Assembly: GCA_964505215.1 (NCBI GenBank)
Contig: CAZDGU010000001.1
Location: 145,760-177,759 of the forward strand
From: an uncultured Balneola sp.
Lineage (GTDB): Bacteria; Bacteroidota; Rhodothermia; Balneolales; Balneolaceae
Length of the DNA: 32,000 nucleotides
Direction of reading: 5' to 3'
Shown: positions 24,475-32,000 of the stretch, in pieces
Layout of the letters: every line of letters starts with the position of its first letter
How positions within the stretch are numbered: the first letter of the stretch is position 1
The notes under the pieces: model-generated
The model's input: the letters and a program-made list of their open reading frames with translations, nothing else
The model's database searches: none
Told to the model about the DNA's origin: nothing
Made by a program: the position numbers and the translations under genes

Positions 24475-26379
24475 ATGATTTATATGTATCTAAAAAAATT
24501 TCTGTACCCCAACATAGTTATACTTCTTCTGCTTGCTGCCCTCAGGTTTACCGGTGTAGATCCTGTATTACAAACAGAAAACGACGATACTCAAAATCTT
24601 ACTAAGTACCATCAGGCACAGCGCAGTATTATTGCCAATTATTTTAAAGAGCCGGATTTAGATAAAATGTATAAATCCAGCATTATCTATATGGTTAAGG
24701 CACTGGAAGATTCTACCCTGGCAATTGCAGACTCTCCAATAGATACCAGCTTCCGGGAAGTTGATATTAATTCCATTCGCGACTCCTTTTCACGGTTCGA
24801 GCAAGCCTACCTTTACATCAGCAACAACAGCCCCGATGCCAATATGAGCAAGCTTACCGAAGCGGCTATAAGAGGCATGTTTTCAACCTTAGACCCTCAC
24901 TCCATTTATATTGAACCCGAAGATAACGAACAGATTCAGGCAGAGTTTGCCGGAAAATTTCAGGGAATTGGGGTACAGTTTCAGGTTATTGAAGATACCA
25001 TTACCGTAATTACGGCCATTTCGGGCGGTCCCAGCGATCAGCTTGGCATCCGCTCCGGCGACCGGATTATTAAAATTGAAGATTCCACCGCCGTCGGCTT
25101 TACTAACGAAATGGTTGTAAACAGGCTGCGCGGAGAGAAAGGCACAAAAGTTAAAATAACGGTTAAGCGCCCTCACACAAAAAATCCCATTAACTTCACC
25201 ATTGAGCGTGACGATATCCCTCTTTATACCGTTGATACCTCTTACATGCTGGATGAACACACCGGCTACGTTAAAATTAACCGCTTTGCAGCCACCACCC
25301 ACGATGAATTTATGCAAGCCGTTAAAGAGCTTGAGAAAAAAGGGATGAACCGGCTGGTTCTGGACCTTCGCGGGAATCCCGGCGGCTATCTGAGTCAGGC
25401 CATTGCCATCGCCGAAGAATTTTTCCCCAGAGGTACCGAATTGGTGTCAACCAAAAGCAAAAATGCTCGTTTTAACGGTGAGTACTTCTCCCGTAAAAAC
25501 GGAGAACTCAAAGATCAACCCGTAATAATATTGGTTAACGAAGGAGCCGCATCGGCCAGTGAAATTGTTAGCGGTGCCGTTCAGGACCACGATCGAGGAT
25601 TGATTGTAGGCAAGCGAACTTTTGGAAAAGGACTGGTACAGCAGCAGTACGAACTTATTGACAAAAGCAGCGTTCGGGTTACTATTTCAAGATACTACAC
25701 TCCCTCCGGCCGGCTTATTCAAAAACCTTTTGTTGAAGGCGGTGAGCAATATGCCTACGAAATTTTCCGCAGAGACGATGCCATGGACGATGCATCTGAG
25801 TTTATAGATCACGTGCCCGATTCTCTAAAATATACCACTGATGCCGGGCGTACCGTATATGGCGGCGGAGGCATTGTTCCTGACTATATTGTTCCGTCTG
25901 ATACCACCACCTCAGCTTATGTTTACAACTACGCGCTGCGCGAGCGGGCTTCTTTCGATTACGTTCGTAATTTTTTAGATGACCATGGTGATGAGTTCCG
26001 CGGCAAGTGGGGTGATGATTTTGAAACATTCCGGGCAGATTTTACCTGGCCATCAGAACATGTGGAAGGAATAAAAGGGCTTCTTCAAAAACGTGGAATG
26101 GTAATTACCGACACCGTTGATACCCCAAAGTTTGCTAATGACTCCCTATTTGTGCCTGTTGGCCACTTTGAGGAAGTTTCTTTTTTACTTGAAGGTAGAA
26201 TGAAGGCCGAGGTTGCCCGACAGATTTGGGGAATGCAATACTTTTATCCAATTATAAATGATGTGTTGGATAAAACACTAAAGGAATCTATGACACTTTG
26301 GGATGCCGTAGCCCAGCTGGAAGCACTTGCTAATGGCAAGGCTAAAGCCCGAATAGGTAATATCGAAAACAGAGATTAA
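24475..26379 (+). CDS. S41 family C-terminal processing peptidase
   Basis: N-terminal TM/signal sequence, a PDZ domain (GIGVQFQVIEDTITVITAISGGPSDQLGIRSGDRIIKIED), and the catalytic region LVLDLRGNPGGYL ... GAASASEIVSGAVQDHDRGLIVGKRTFGKGLVQ. Confidence 0.9.
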   Translation: MIYMYLKKFLYPNIVILLLLAALRFTGVDPVLQTENDDTQNLTKYHQAQRSIIANYFKEPDLDKMYKSSIIYMVKALEDSTLAIADSPIDTSFREVDINSIRDSFSRFEQAYLYISNNSPDANMSKLTEAAIRGMFSTLDPHSIYIEPEDNEQIQAEFAGKFQGIGVQFQVIEDTITVITAISGGPSDQLGIRSGDRIIKIEDSTAVGFTNEMVVNRLRGEKGTKVKITVKRPHTKNPINFTIERDDIPLYTVDTSYMLDEHTGYVKINRFAATTHDEFMQAVKELEKKGMNRLVLDLRGNPGGYLSQAIAIAEEFFPRGTELVSTKSKNARFNGEYFSRKNGELKDQPVIILVNEGAASASEIVSGAVQDHDRGLIVGKRTFGKGLVQQQYELIDKSSVRVTISRYYTPSGRLIQKPFVEGGEQYAYEIFRRDDAMDDASEFIDHVPDSLKYTTDAGRTVYGGGGIVPDYIVPSDTTTSAYVYNYALRERASFDYVRNFLDDHGDEFRGKWGDDFETFRADFTWPSEHVEGIKGLLQKRGMVITDTVDTPKFANDSLFVPVGHFEEVSFLLEGRMKAEVARQIWGMQYFYPIINDVLDKTLKESMTLWDAVAQLEALANGKAKARIGNIENRD

Positions 26380-26480
26380 CAGCTCTGTTTTCTACTCTTT
26401 TGCGAGATAAAAACAAGCATGGCCTCAGCCACGATAAATCAAACGCTGAAATAATCTTGGCAATCTGACTACCAGCCTCA

Positions 26481-26705
26481 TCAACGCCCATGCTTTTTTC
26501 ACTTTATACACGGGCGTTGTTTAATATCCCAGATATATTCACGAGACTGCCGCGTCGTGCAATCTTTGAGCTTTTCAGCTCAAAGAATAATACTCCTCGC
26601 AGAAGAAATCCTTTGCGAGGCGCTGAGCTGCAAAATCACTCCCGTCATTTCAACCGCCGAAGCAATCTCGGAGAATACGACTACTCACATCATCAACGCC
26701 CGCCT
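26481..26705 (-). repeat. Family-A repeat, full unit, inverted orientation
   Basis: It is the reverse complement of the 1800-2001 and 4469-4640 units, including both flanking caacgccc/gggcgttg hairpin halves. It contains a perfect 10-bp stem at 26563-26586. Confidence 0.85.
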
Positions 26706-26720
26706 TAGCAGCATTTTTGT

Positions 26721-26930
26721 TTTTGAACCGGGATTGGCCGGAATTTAGGGAATGTGCAGGATTAGCAAAAATAGTTCTCTAAAACACTACAATAATGCGG
26801 TCTGTGCAAGGTACTGCTCCGCCGGAGCAGGGTTGTGGAGCCTACTATGTGCTTTTATACAAACATACCGTCCCGATGGGACGGTATGTTTGTATAAAAA
26901 AAGTTAAGCAGCTCGCTGCGCATGCGGAAG
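26721..26930 (-). repeat. Family-B repeat, copy B3, inverted orientation, lacking one internal hairpin module
   Basis: It is the reverse complement of B1/B2. It contains a perfect 19-bp stem, 3-nt loop hairpin at 26856-26896 and a compensated hairpin CTGCTCCgccGGAGCAG at 26814-26830. Confidence 0.85.
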
Positions 26931-27190
26931 GTGTTAGTGGATATGGGCGGCACTGCAATTCCATCTCCGATCTTAATTTAGTTGCCAATCCTGATCACTG
27001 TAAACTGCTCCCTGTTCACTGGCCCAGTTGCCATTTATATCCGTCGGACCGCTTCAAGACGTATTCCGTCAGCCTGATCATATTCAGCGGTCAGACGGGG
27101 TTTTAGCTGATAGCTTGAAATACAGCGCTCGGCTTTTAATCATTAACAACATTCAACCCGCTTCGGAATAGTTTCAGGCGTCTAATATTA

Positions 27191-29068
27191 TCAATCATCT
27201 GAGAAAATATCAGCTATTAGATCACCGTATTTATCAGCTATTACGCGGCGTTTGACTTTTAGAGTTGGGGTGATTTCACCGGTTTCTACGGTAAACTCAT
27301 TGGCCACCAGCCGGAAGTCTCTTACTTTTTCGTGAGAGGCCAATTCTTTAGAGAATGCACGCAATTCTTTTTTGTAGATGTCCTTAATCTCATCCAGCTT
27401 AATAAGCTCCTCGTTGTTAGAAAACTTCAGCCCCTGCTCTTTGGCAAAAGCTTCAACGGCCTCAAAATCAGGCACTATAATAGCGGCCATATAGCTTTGC
27501 CCTTCGCCTACCACCACTATTTGATCAATCCATTTGCTGGTTTTAAATAAATCCTCGATAGGTCCGGGATAAATATTTTTCCCTCCCGCATTTACAATCA
27601 TATGCTTAATACGATCGGTAATTTTCAGATATCCGTCTTCGAATTTTCCTACATCTCCGGTGTGCAGCCAGCCGTCACTGTCAATCATTTCTTTTGTAGC
27701 CTTATCATTATTCCAGTAACCTTTCATAATGTTGGGGCCTTTACACAAAATTTCACCGGCCTCGGAAGTCGTATTATTGGGATAACTCTCCCCGCTTACT
27801 TGTGCTAATATTTCGCCATTTTCAAGGTCTTGAATAGCTACGGTTATCCCGGGAATAATGGTTCCCACAGCCCCTACTTTTTCTTCCCCGGGTTTGTTAA
27901 CAGCCATTACCGGTGAGGTTTCCGTGAGCCCATATCCTTGTAAAATGCCCATTCCTGCACATTTGAAAAATGTATCGATTTCGGGAGGTAACGCTGCCCC
28001 GCCCGACACAAACAGCCGAACATGACCGCCCGTGCGCTCCTTCAGTTTATCAAACACGAGCTTATCTGCTATCTTTTTTTGGAGTGAAACCAAACCCCGC
28101 TTTCCTTCAGAATATTTGCGACCGGTCTCTACCGCCCAGTCAAATATTTTCTTTTTGGTGTCACTGCCTTCTTCCACGCTTTTTGCAATCAGGTTATACA
28201 TTTTCTCGAACAAGCGCGGAACACTAATCATGATAGTCGGCTTTACTTCCGGCATGTTTTTGGAAACCGTATCTACACTTTCTGCATAATACACTTCCAC
28301 ACCTGATGAAATCATAGCGTAGTAACCTGCCGTTCGCTCAAATGAATGGCAAAGTGGTAAGAACGAAAGCAAACGATCGGTATCATCCCAATAAATATGC
28401 TGAGTTGCTGCTTTAACATTGCTCACAATATTGTTATGAGTAAGCATTGCGCCTTTAGGCTGCCCTGTGGTGCCTGAAGTGTAAATTAAAGTAGCTATAT
28501 CATCCGGGCGTATTTGCTTGGTATTCTGATCAATTTCTTCCTTTAGTTTGCCAACCAGTTTACCTCCTTCCAATAGCACATCATCAAACATTTGCACATA
28601 ATCTTCGTCCATTAAATGCTCCAGCTTAGGAACATCAAAAGCTATTACATCGGTTAGCTGTTCGCAGTTATCAAATATCTGTACAGCCTTTTTTAACTGA
28701 AGACCTGTGGATACAAAAAATATTTTAACGCCAGAGTCATTCAAAATAAACTCACACTGTGCGGGCGGAAGCGTTGTGTACAGAGAAACATTTATGGCAC
28801 CTAACAGCTGAATGGCTAAATCTACAACGGCCCATTCATACCTGTTTTCACTTAATATGCCTACGCGATCTCCTTTCTCTATTCCTTTATTTTTTAAAAA
28901 CGCTGCAAGAGAATACACATCATCCGTAATCTGATCCCAGTAAATAGGTTGGTATTCTGAATTTGGATCAGGTTTGAAGTAAAATTGCGCCTTTTGGGCA
29001 TGCTTATATTTATGCGAGAGATTGAGAAATAGCTCCGTAAGTGTCTCAAAAGGAATAACTGTAGGCAT
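27191..29068 (-). CDS. fadD: long-chain fatty acid--CoA ligase (AMP-dependent synthetase)
   Basis: AMP-binding motif LIYTSGTTGQPKGAMLTHNN, GYGLTETS, GWLHTGDVG and PTLKVKRR. Confidence 0.9.
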   Translation of the reverse strand: MPTVIPFETLTELFLNLSHKYKHAQKAQFYFKPDPNSEYQPIYWDQITDDVYSLAAFLKNKGIEKGDRVGILSENRYEWAVVDLAIQLLGAINVSLYTTLPPAQCEFILNDSGVKIFFVSTGLQLKKAVQIFDNCEQLTDVIAFDVPKLEHLMDEDYVQMFDDVLLEGGKLVGKLKEEIDQNTKQIRPDDIATLIYTSGTTGQPKGAMLTHNNIVSNVKAATQHIYWDDTDRLLSFLPLCHSFERTAGYYAMISSGVEVYYAESVDTVSKNMPEVKPTIMISVPRLFEKMYNLIAKSVEEGSDTKKKIFDWAVETGRKYSEGKRGLVSLQKKIADKLVFDKLKERTGGHVRLFVSGGAALPPEIDTFFKCAGMGILQGYGLTETSPVMAVNKPGEEKVGAVGTIIPGITVAIQDLENGEILAQVSGESYPNNTTSEAGEILCKGPNIMKGYWNNDKATKEMIDSDGWLHTGDVGKFEDGYLKITDRIKHMIVNAGGKNIYPGPIEDLFKTSKWIDQIVVVGEGQSYMAAIIVPDFEAVEAFAKEQGLKFSNNEELIKLDEIKDIYKKELRAFSKELASHEKVRDFRLVANEFTVETGEITPTLKVKRRVIADKYGDLIADIFSDD

Positions 29069-29173
29069 ATTGTCTAATTATTTACACGTAGTGTGTTAAC
29101 TTAAGGGTTGGCTGAAATATACTATTCTTGAAATCAAAAGCATGGGTTTCATAAGCAAGTTTACAAGTCGTAT

Positions 29174-29191
29174 ATTCAATTGAATTCAAAT
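29174..29191. promoter_or_regulatory. overlapping perfect palindromes immediately upstream of fur (candidate operator)
   Basis: ATTCAATTGAAT (29174-29185, a perfect 12-bp palindrome) overlaps TGAATTCA (29181-29188). The site ends about 10 nt before the fur ATG at 29199. Confidence 0.3.
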
Positions 29192-29198
29192 ACATATT

Positions 29199-29705
29199 AT
29201 GGCACATCCAGCAAGCGAAGATACGGTTCATTTAGTTAAAGAAATTTTCCGCTCCTATCTTAAAGAGCGAAATCAACGTCAAACCCCTGAGCGTTTTATG
29301 GTTTTGGAGGAAATTTACACCGCCGATGGCCATTTCGACGCTGATGATATTTATTTCCACATGAAAGAAACGGGGACGCGTGTTTCGCGCGCTACCGTTT
29401 ATAACACCTTAGATCTGCTCGTAGAATGTGGATTGGTACAGCGCCAGCAGTTTGGAAAAAGCCAATATTATTACGAGCGCGCTTATGCTTACCAGCAGCA
29501 CGATCATATTATTTGTCGAAAATGCGGACATGTTTTGGAGTTTTGTGACCCCCGTGTGGGCGAAATCCAGCGCATGCTTGCAGAAATTCACGACATGGAA
29601 ATAGACGGACATTCTCTCCATTTTTACGGACACTGTACCGATGAAAAAGCTTGTAAGGAGCGCCAGGAGAACGAAGACAAAGTAACGCCCCTTAGAAGTA
29701 ACTAA
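29199..29705 (+). CDS. fur: Fur family transcriptional regulator
   Basis: Winged-helix RQTPERFMVLEEIY...RVSRATVYNTLDLLVECGLV and metal-site motifs HDHIICRKCGHVLEF and HSLHFYGHC. Confidence 0.9.
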   Translation: MAHPASEDTVHLVKEIFRSYLKERNQRQTPERFMVLEEIYTADGHFDADDIYFHMKETGTRVSRATVYNTLDLLVECGLVQRQQFGKSQYYYERAYAYQQHDHIICRKCGHVLEFCDPRVGEIQRMLAEIHDMEIDGHSLHFYGHCTDEKACKERQENEDKVTPLRSN

Positions 29706-29716
29706 AGCCAATTCTG

Positions 29717-31120
29717 TTAGTAGGTTTTATAAATTTCCCACAATACTTTTTCCATTTCGGTTTTAACCACGCTTGAGGAAGAAACGTAGTGGTTGTTCAT
29801 AAAAGAAAACATCAGTTTGGTGCCTTTTTCTGTAATGATGAAACCGCTTAAACAATGATTATTGTTGAGTGTCCCCGTTTTTGCAAATACGTAGGGCATT
29901 CCCTCATCACGATGTGCGTACCAGCTTCGGATAGTTCCGGATTTCCCTCCTGCAGGAAAGTGGCGTAACATGGTTCCATCGTCCTCAAACTCAGCATCAA
30001 TCAGCTTAAGCAGCTCTACCATATTGCCGGGCGTAAATAAATTATACCGGGAAAGTCCGGATCCATCTCTCCACACCGGCTCTTTCTCAAATTCACTGAA
30101 AAATTGTGAACTTACTTCCTGAATTACTGTACGTGAATTCATAGGTAAATTATTTTCTGCGGCTATATTAAACAGCAGTTGTTCGGCTAAAAAGTTATCG
30201 CTGGGCTGCAGCATTCGCGTTAGCACCGTGTCTTTATGAATACCATACAGCTTTTCGGTTGCTTGCGACTTGGGCCGATCTACGTATTCTACCGTCCGCT
30301 TGAGCGTATCAGATAACAACTCAGTAATAAGGGCCGGGGTGTAGTGATAAGGGCGCGTAATGGTGTACGTGGTGGTGTCTGAAGCCGGATTGTACTTAAA
30401 TGTATTATCGGCAAATCCTCTATACAAAAAGGGAATTTCTTTTGCCTTACGTTGCTCAGCTGGTTCTATATGCTGATTAAAAAGTGCGGGGTGAATATCG
30501 AGCCCACCATTTTTAGGGCGAATCCGAACCTGATTAATTTCTTCTACTTCCATTTCTATCACGTTCCCGTACATAGGAAATGGAGTTCTTTCTGCAGAAT
30601 ATGAATTCTGATAATCACTCCACGCCCAACCCGGACCTAGCACCTCATCTTCGAACTGATGGTCGGAATAGTAGATGTTTAGTGAGGAATTTTTGAGGAA
30701 TTCAAAAGCAGTGGAATCCTCAAATTCGGGATGTAAAAAAGCGGGATATCCGGTTCCCCAGATTATAAGAGAGTCGTTTTGAATGCTGTATTCCAATGCA
30801 GGCAGTCGGTCGGGCAGCATTTTGAGCGATGCATAAAAAGTGTAAAGCTTGGTATTGGAAGCCGGTGTAAAGTATTTATCTCCATTTTGTTGATACAAAA
30901 TGCTGTCTTCCTGCGGATTGTAAAGCATAAAGCCCGTAAAGTTACTATTAAAAACTTCAGAGCCTGAAACTAATTCTGCTATCGGGTTTTCTGATTTCTG
31001 AGCAACCGGCGGTTTGTCCGGCTTTACTTTTGAATCATCAACCAGCTTATCGGTTTGGCAGGAAGAAATCACAAACAAAGCGATAAGTAAAGCAATAGAA
31101 AATCGAAAAGAGGATAGCAT
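29717..31120 (-). CDS. dacB: D-alanyl-D-alanine carboxypeptidase/endopeptidase, PBP4 (S13) family
   Basis: Signal/lipoprotein-like N-terminus (ALFVISSC), SxxK (PASNTKL), SxN (PSDNFLAEQ) and KTG (AKTGTL). Confidence 0.85.
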   Translation of the reverse strand: MLSSFRFSIALLIALFVISSCQTDKLVDDSKVKPDKPPVAQKSENPIAELVSGSEVFNSNFTGFMLYNPQEDSILYQQNGDKYFTPASNTKLYTFYASLKMLPDRLPALEYSIQNDSLIIWGTGYPAFLHPEFEDSTAFEFLKNSSLNIYYSDHQFEDEVLGPGWAWSDYQNSYSAERTPFPMYGNVIEMEVEEINQVRIRPKNGGLDIHPALFNQHIEPAEQRKAKEIPFLYRGFADNTFKYNPASDTTTYTITRPYHYTPALITELLSDTLKRTVEYVDRPKSQATEKLYGIHKDTVLTRMLQPSDNFLAEQLLFNIAAENNLPMNSRTVIQEVSSQFFSEFEKEPVWRDGSGLSRYNLFTPGNMVELLKLIDAEFEDDGTMLRHFPAGGKSGTIRSWYAHRDEGMPYVFAKTGTLNNNHCLSGFIITEKGTKLMFSFMNNHYVSSSSVVKTEMEKVLWEIYKTY

Positions 31121-31134
31121 AGAGTTTTATTTAA

Positions 31135-32000
31135 TTAATCTGAGATATAAGTTTCTTTAATAAAGCGGCGGGCAGCCCAGCGGCTTCCCCACCAGCCCAT
31201 AAGCAGCGACAAAAGCACCATGGCGCCCACTAAAAAGTACCACCTTCCAAAAGGCCAGCTCAGAGTGCCTAAGTCGGTTAAATATTGAGGAATGGCAAAT
31301 TCAAAAATCAAAAATACGCTAAGTACGGCCAAAGAACCGGCTATGAGTCCTTGCAGAATGCCTTCAACAATAAAGGGACTACGTATGAATTTATTAGTGG
31401 CTCCCACCAGCTTCATGGCGCGTATTAAATCTCGTTTGGCATAAATAGTGAGCCGGATGGTATTGTACACCAAAATGAGTGCTGCCAGCAGAATAAGAAT
31501 GCCTAATCCGCCACCAACCATGGTTAGCGTATTTAGGTTCGATTCCATCAGTTTTAATAAAGCCTGATTGTATTTTACTTCATCAACCCCGCGCAAGTTT
31601 TTAAGTTGCGAAACCATGGTGGCTATGCGCTCAGATCCGGCCTCGGTTTGTACCTTTAGGCGGAATGAGGCCGGCAGAAAATTAAGCTCTGCCAGTTCAT
31701 CTACTCCTGCCCCAAACTCTCTGCGCATTACGGCCGAAGCACTGTCTTTTGATATATACGTTACCTGCTCAACCAGCTCCTGACTGTTCAGCTTTTGGCG
31801 AAGCTGATCGGTGGTGCGCTGGTCCACATCAAACAGAAAAACCTCTACTTCAATCAGCTCTCGGATAGAAACAGCCTGGCTGTAAATATTGAAACCAATT
31901 CGTGCGAGAATTCCCAGCAAAAGTACGGCTATAAACAGGGAAAAAATGGAAGTTGTGGCCGCAAGCTTGGCTCGTTTAATACCGGTAAAACCTTCTTGTA
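31135..32000 (-). CDS. ftsX: cell division permease-like protein FtsX, 5'-truncated by the window edge
   Basis: The minus-strand frame stays open to nt 32000 (...EGFTGIKRAKLAATTSIFSLFIAVLLLGILARI...). It has a periplasmic domain followed by three C-terminal TMs (FtsX/MacB-type permease fold), and RLTIYAKRDLIRAMKLVGATNKFIRSPFIVEG is typical of FtsX. Confidence 0.85.
   Translation of the reverse strand, partial: QEGFTGIKRAKLAATTSIFSLFIAVLLLGILARIGFNIYSQAVSIRELIEVEVFLFDVDQRTTDQLRQKLNSQELVEQVTYISKDSASAVMRREFGAGVDELAELNFLPASFRLKVQTEAGSERIATMVSQLKNLRGVDEVKYNQALLKLMESNLNTLTMVGGGLGILILLAALILVYNTIRLTIYAKRDLIRAMKLVGATNKFIRSPFIVEGILQGLIAGSLAVLSVFLIFEFAIPQYLTDLGTLSWPFGRWYFLVGAMVLLSLLMGWWGSRWAARRFIKETYISD

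Overview
This is a chromosomal window from what looks like a Bacteroidota / Balneolota (Rhodothermota)-type bacterium. That taxonomic guess rests only on protein signatures and on the hairpin-rich intergenic repeats; no search was run.

Housekeeping part, about 15.2-32 kb: rpoN (sigma-54), a DUF3109 protein, a small biotinyl-domain protein coupled to murA, an RNase E/G-family gene, hslVU, an S41 C-terminal processing peptidase, a long-chain acyl-CoA synthetase, fur, a PBP4/S13 D-Ala-D-Ala carboxypeptidase, and the 3' part of ftsX.

Main locus, 2.4-14.8 kb, all on the + strand:
- four small secreted DUF4402/Csu-type (spore-coat-U-like) fimbrial subunit paralogs
- a PapD-like periplasmic chaperone
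- a 995-aa usher-like outer-membrane protein with extra C-terminal domains
- a bitopic membrane protein with a FliF-like periplasmic part and a FliG-like cytoplasmic part
- a TPR lipoprotein
- a MotA-type 4-TM channel
- a MotB-type protein with an OmpA-like domain plus three SPOR-like repeats

No other flagellar genes are present. I read this as a candidate, apparently undescribed, ion-motor-coupled chaperone-usher fimbrial machine.

The intergenic regions at 1.7-2.4, 4.1-5.6, 14.8-15.25, 19.5-20.2 and 26.4-27.2 kb are packed with at least three families of modular multi-hairpin repeats. Some copies carry compensatory stem changes. These repeats generate many spurious ORFs in the six-frame track.

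All domain calls come from reading the translations against remembered family signatures, not from searches.
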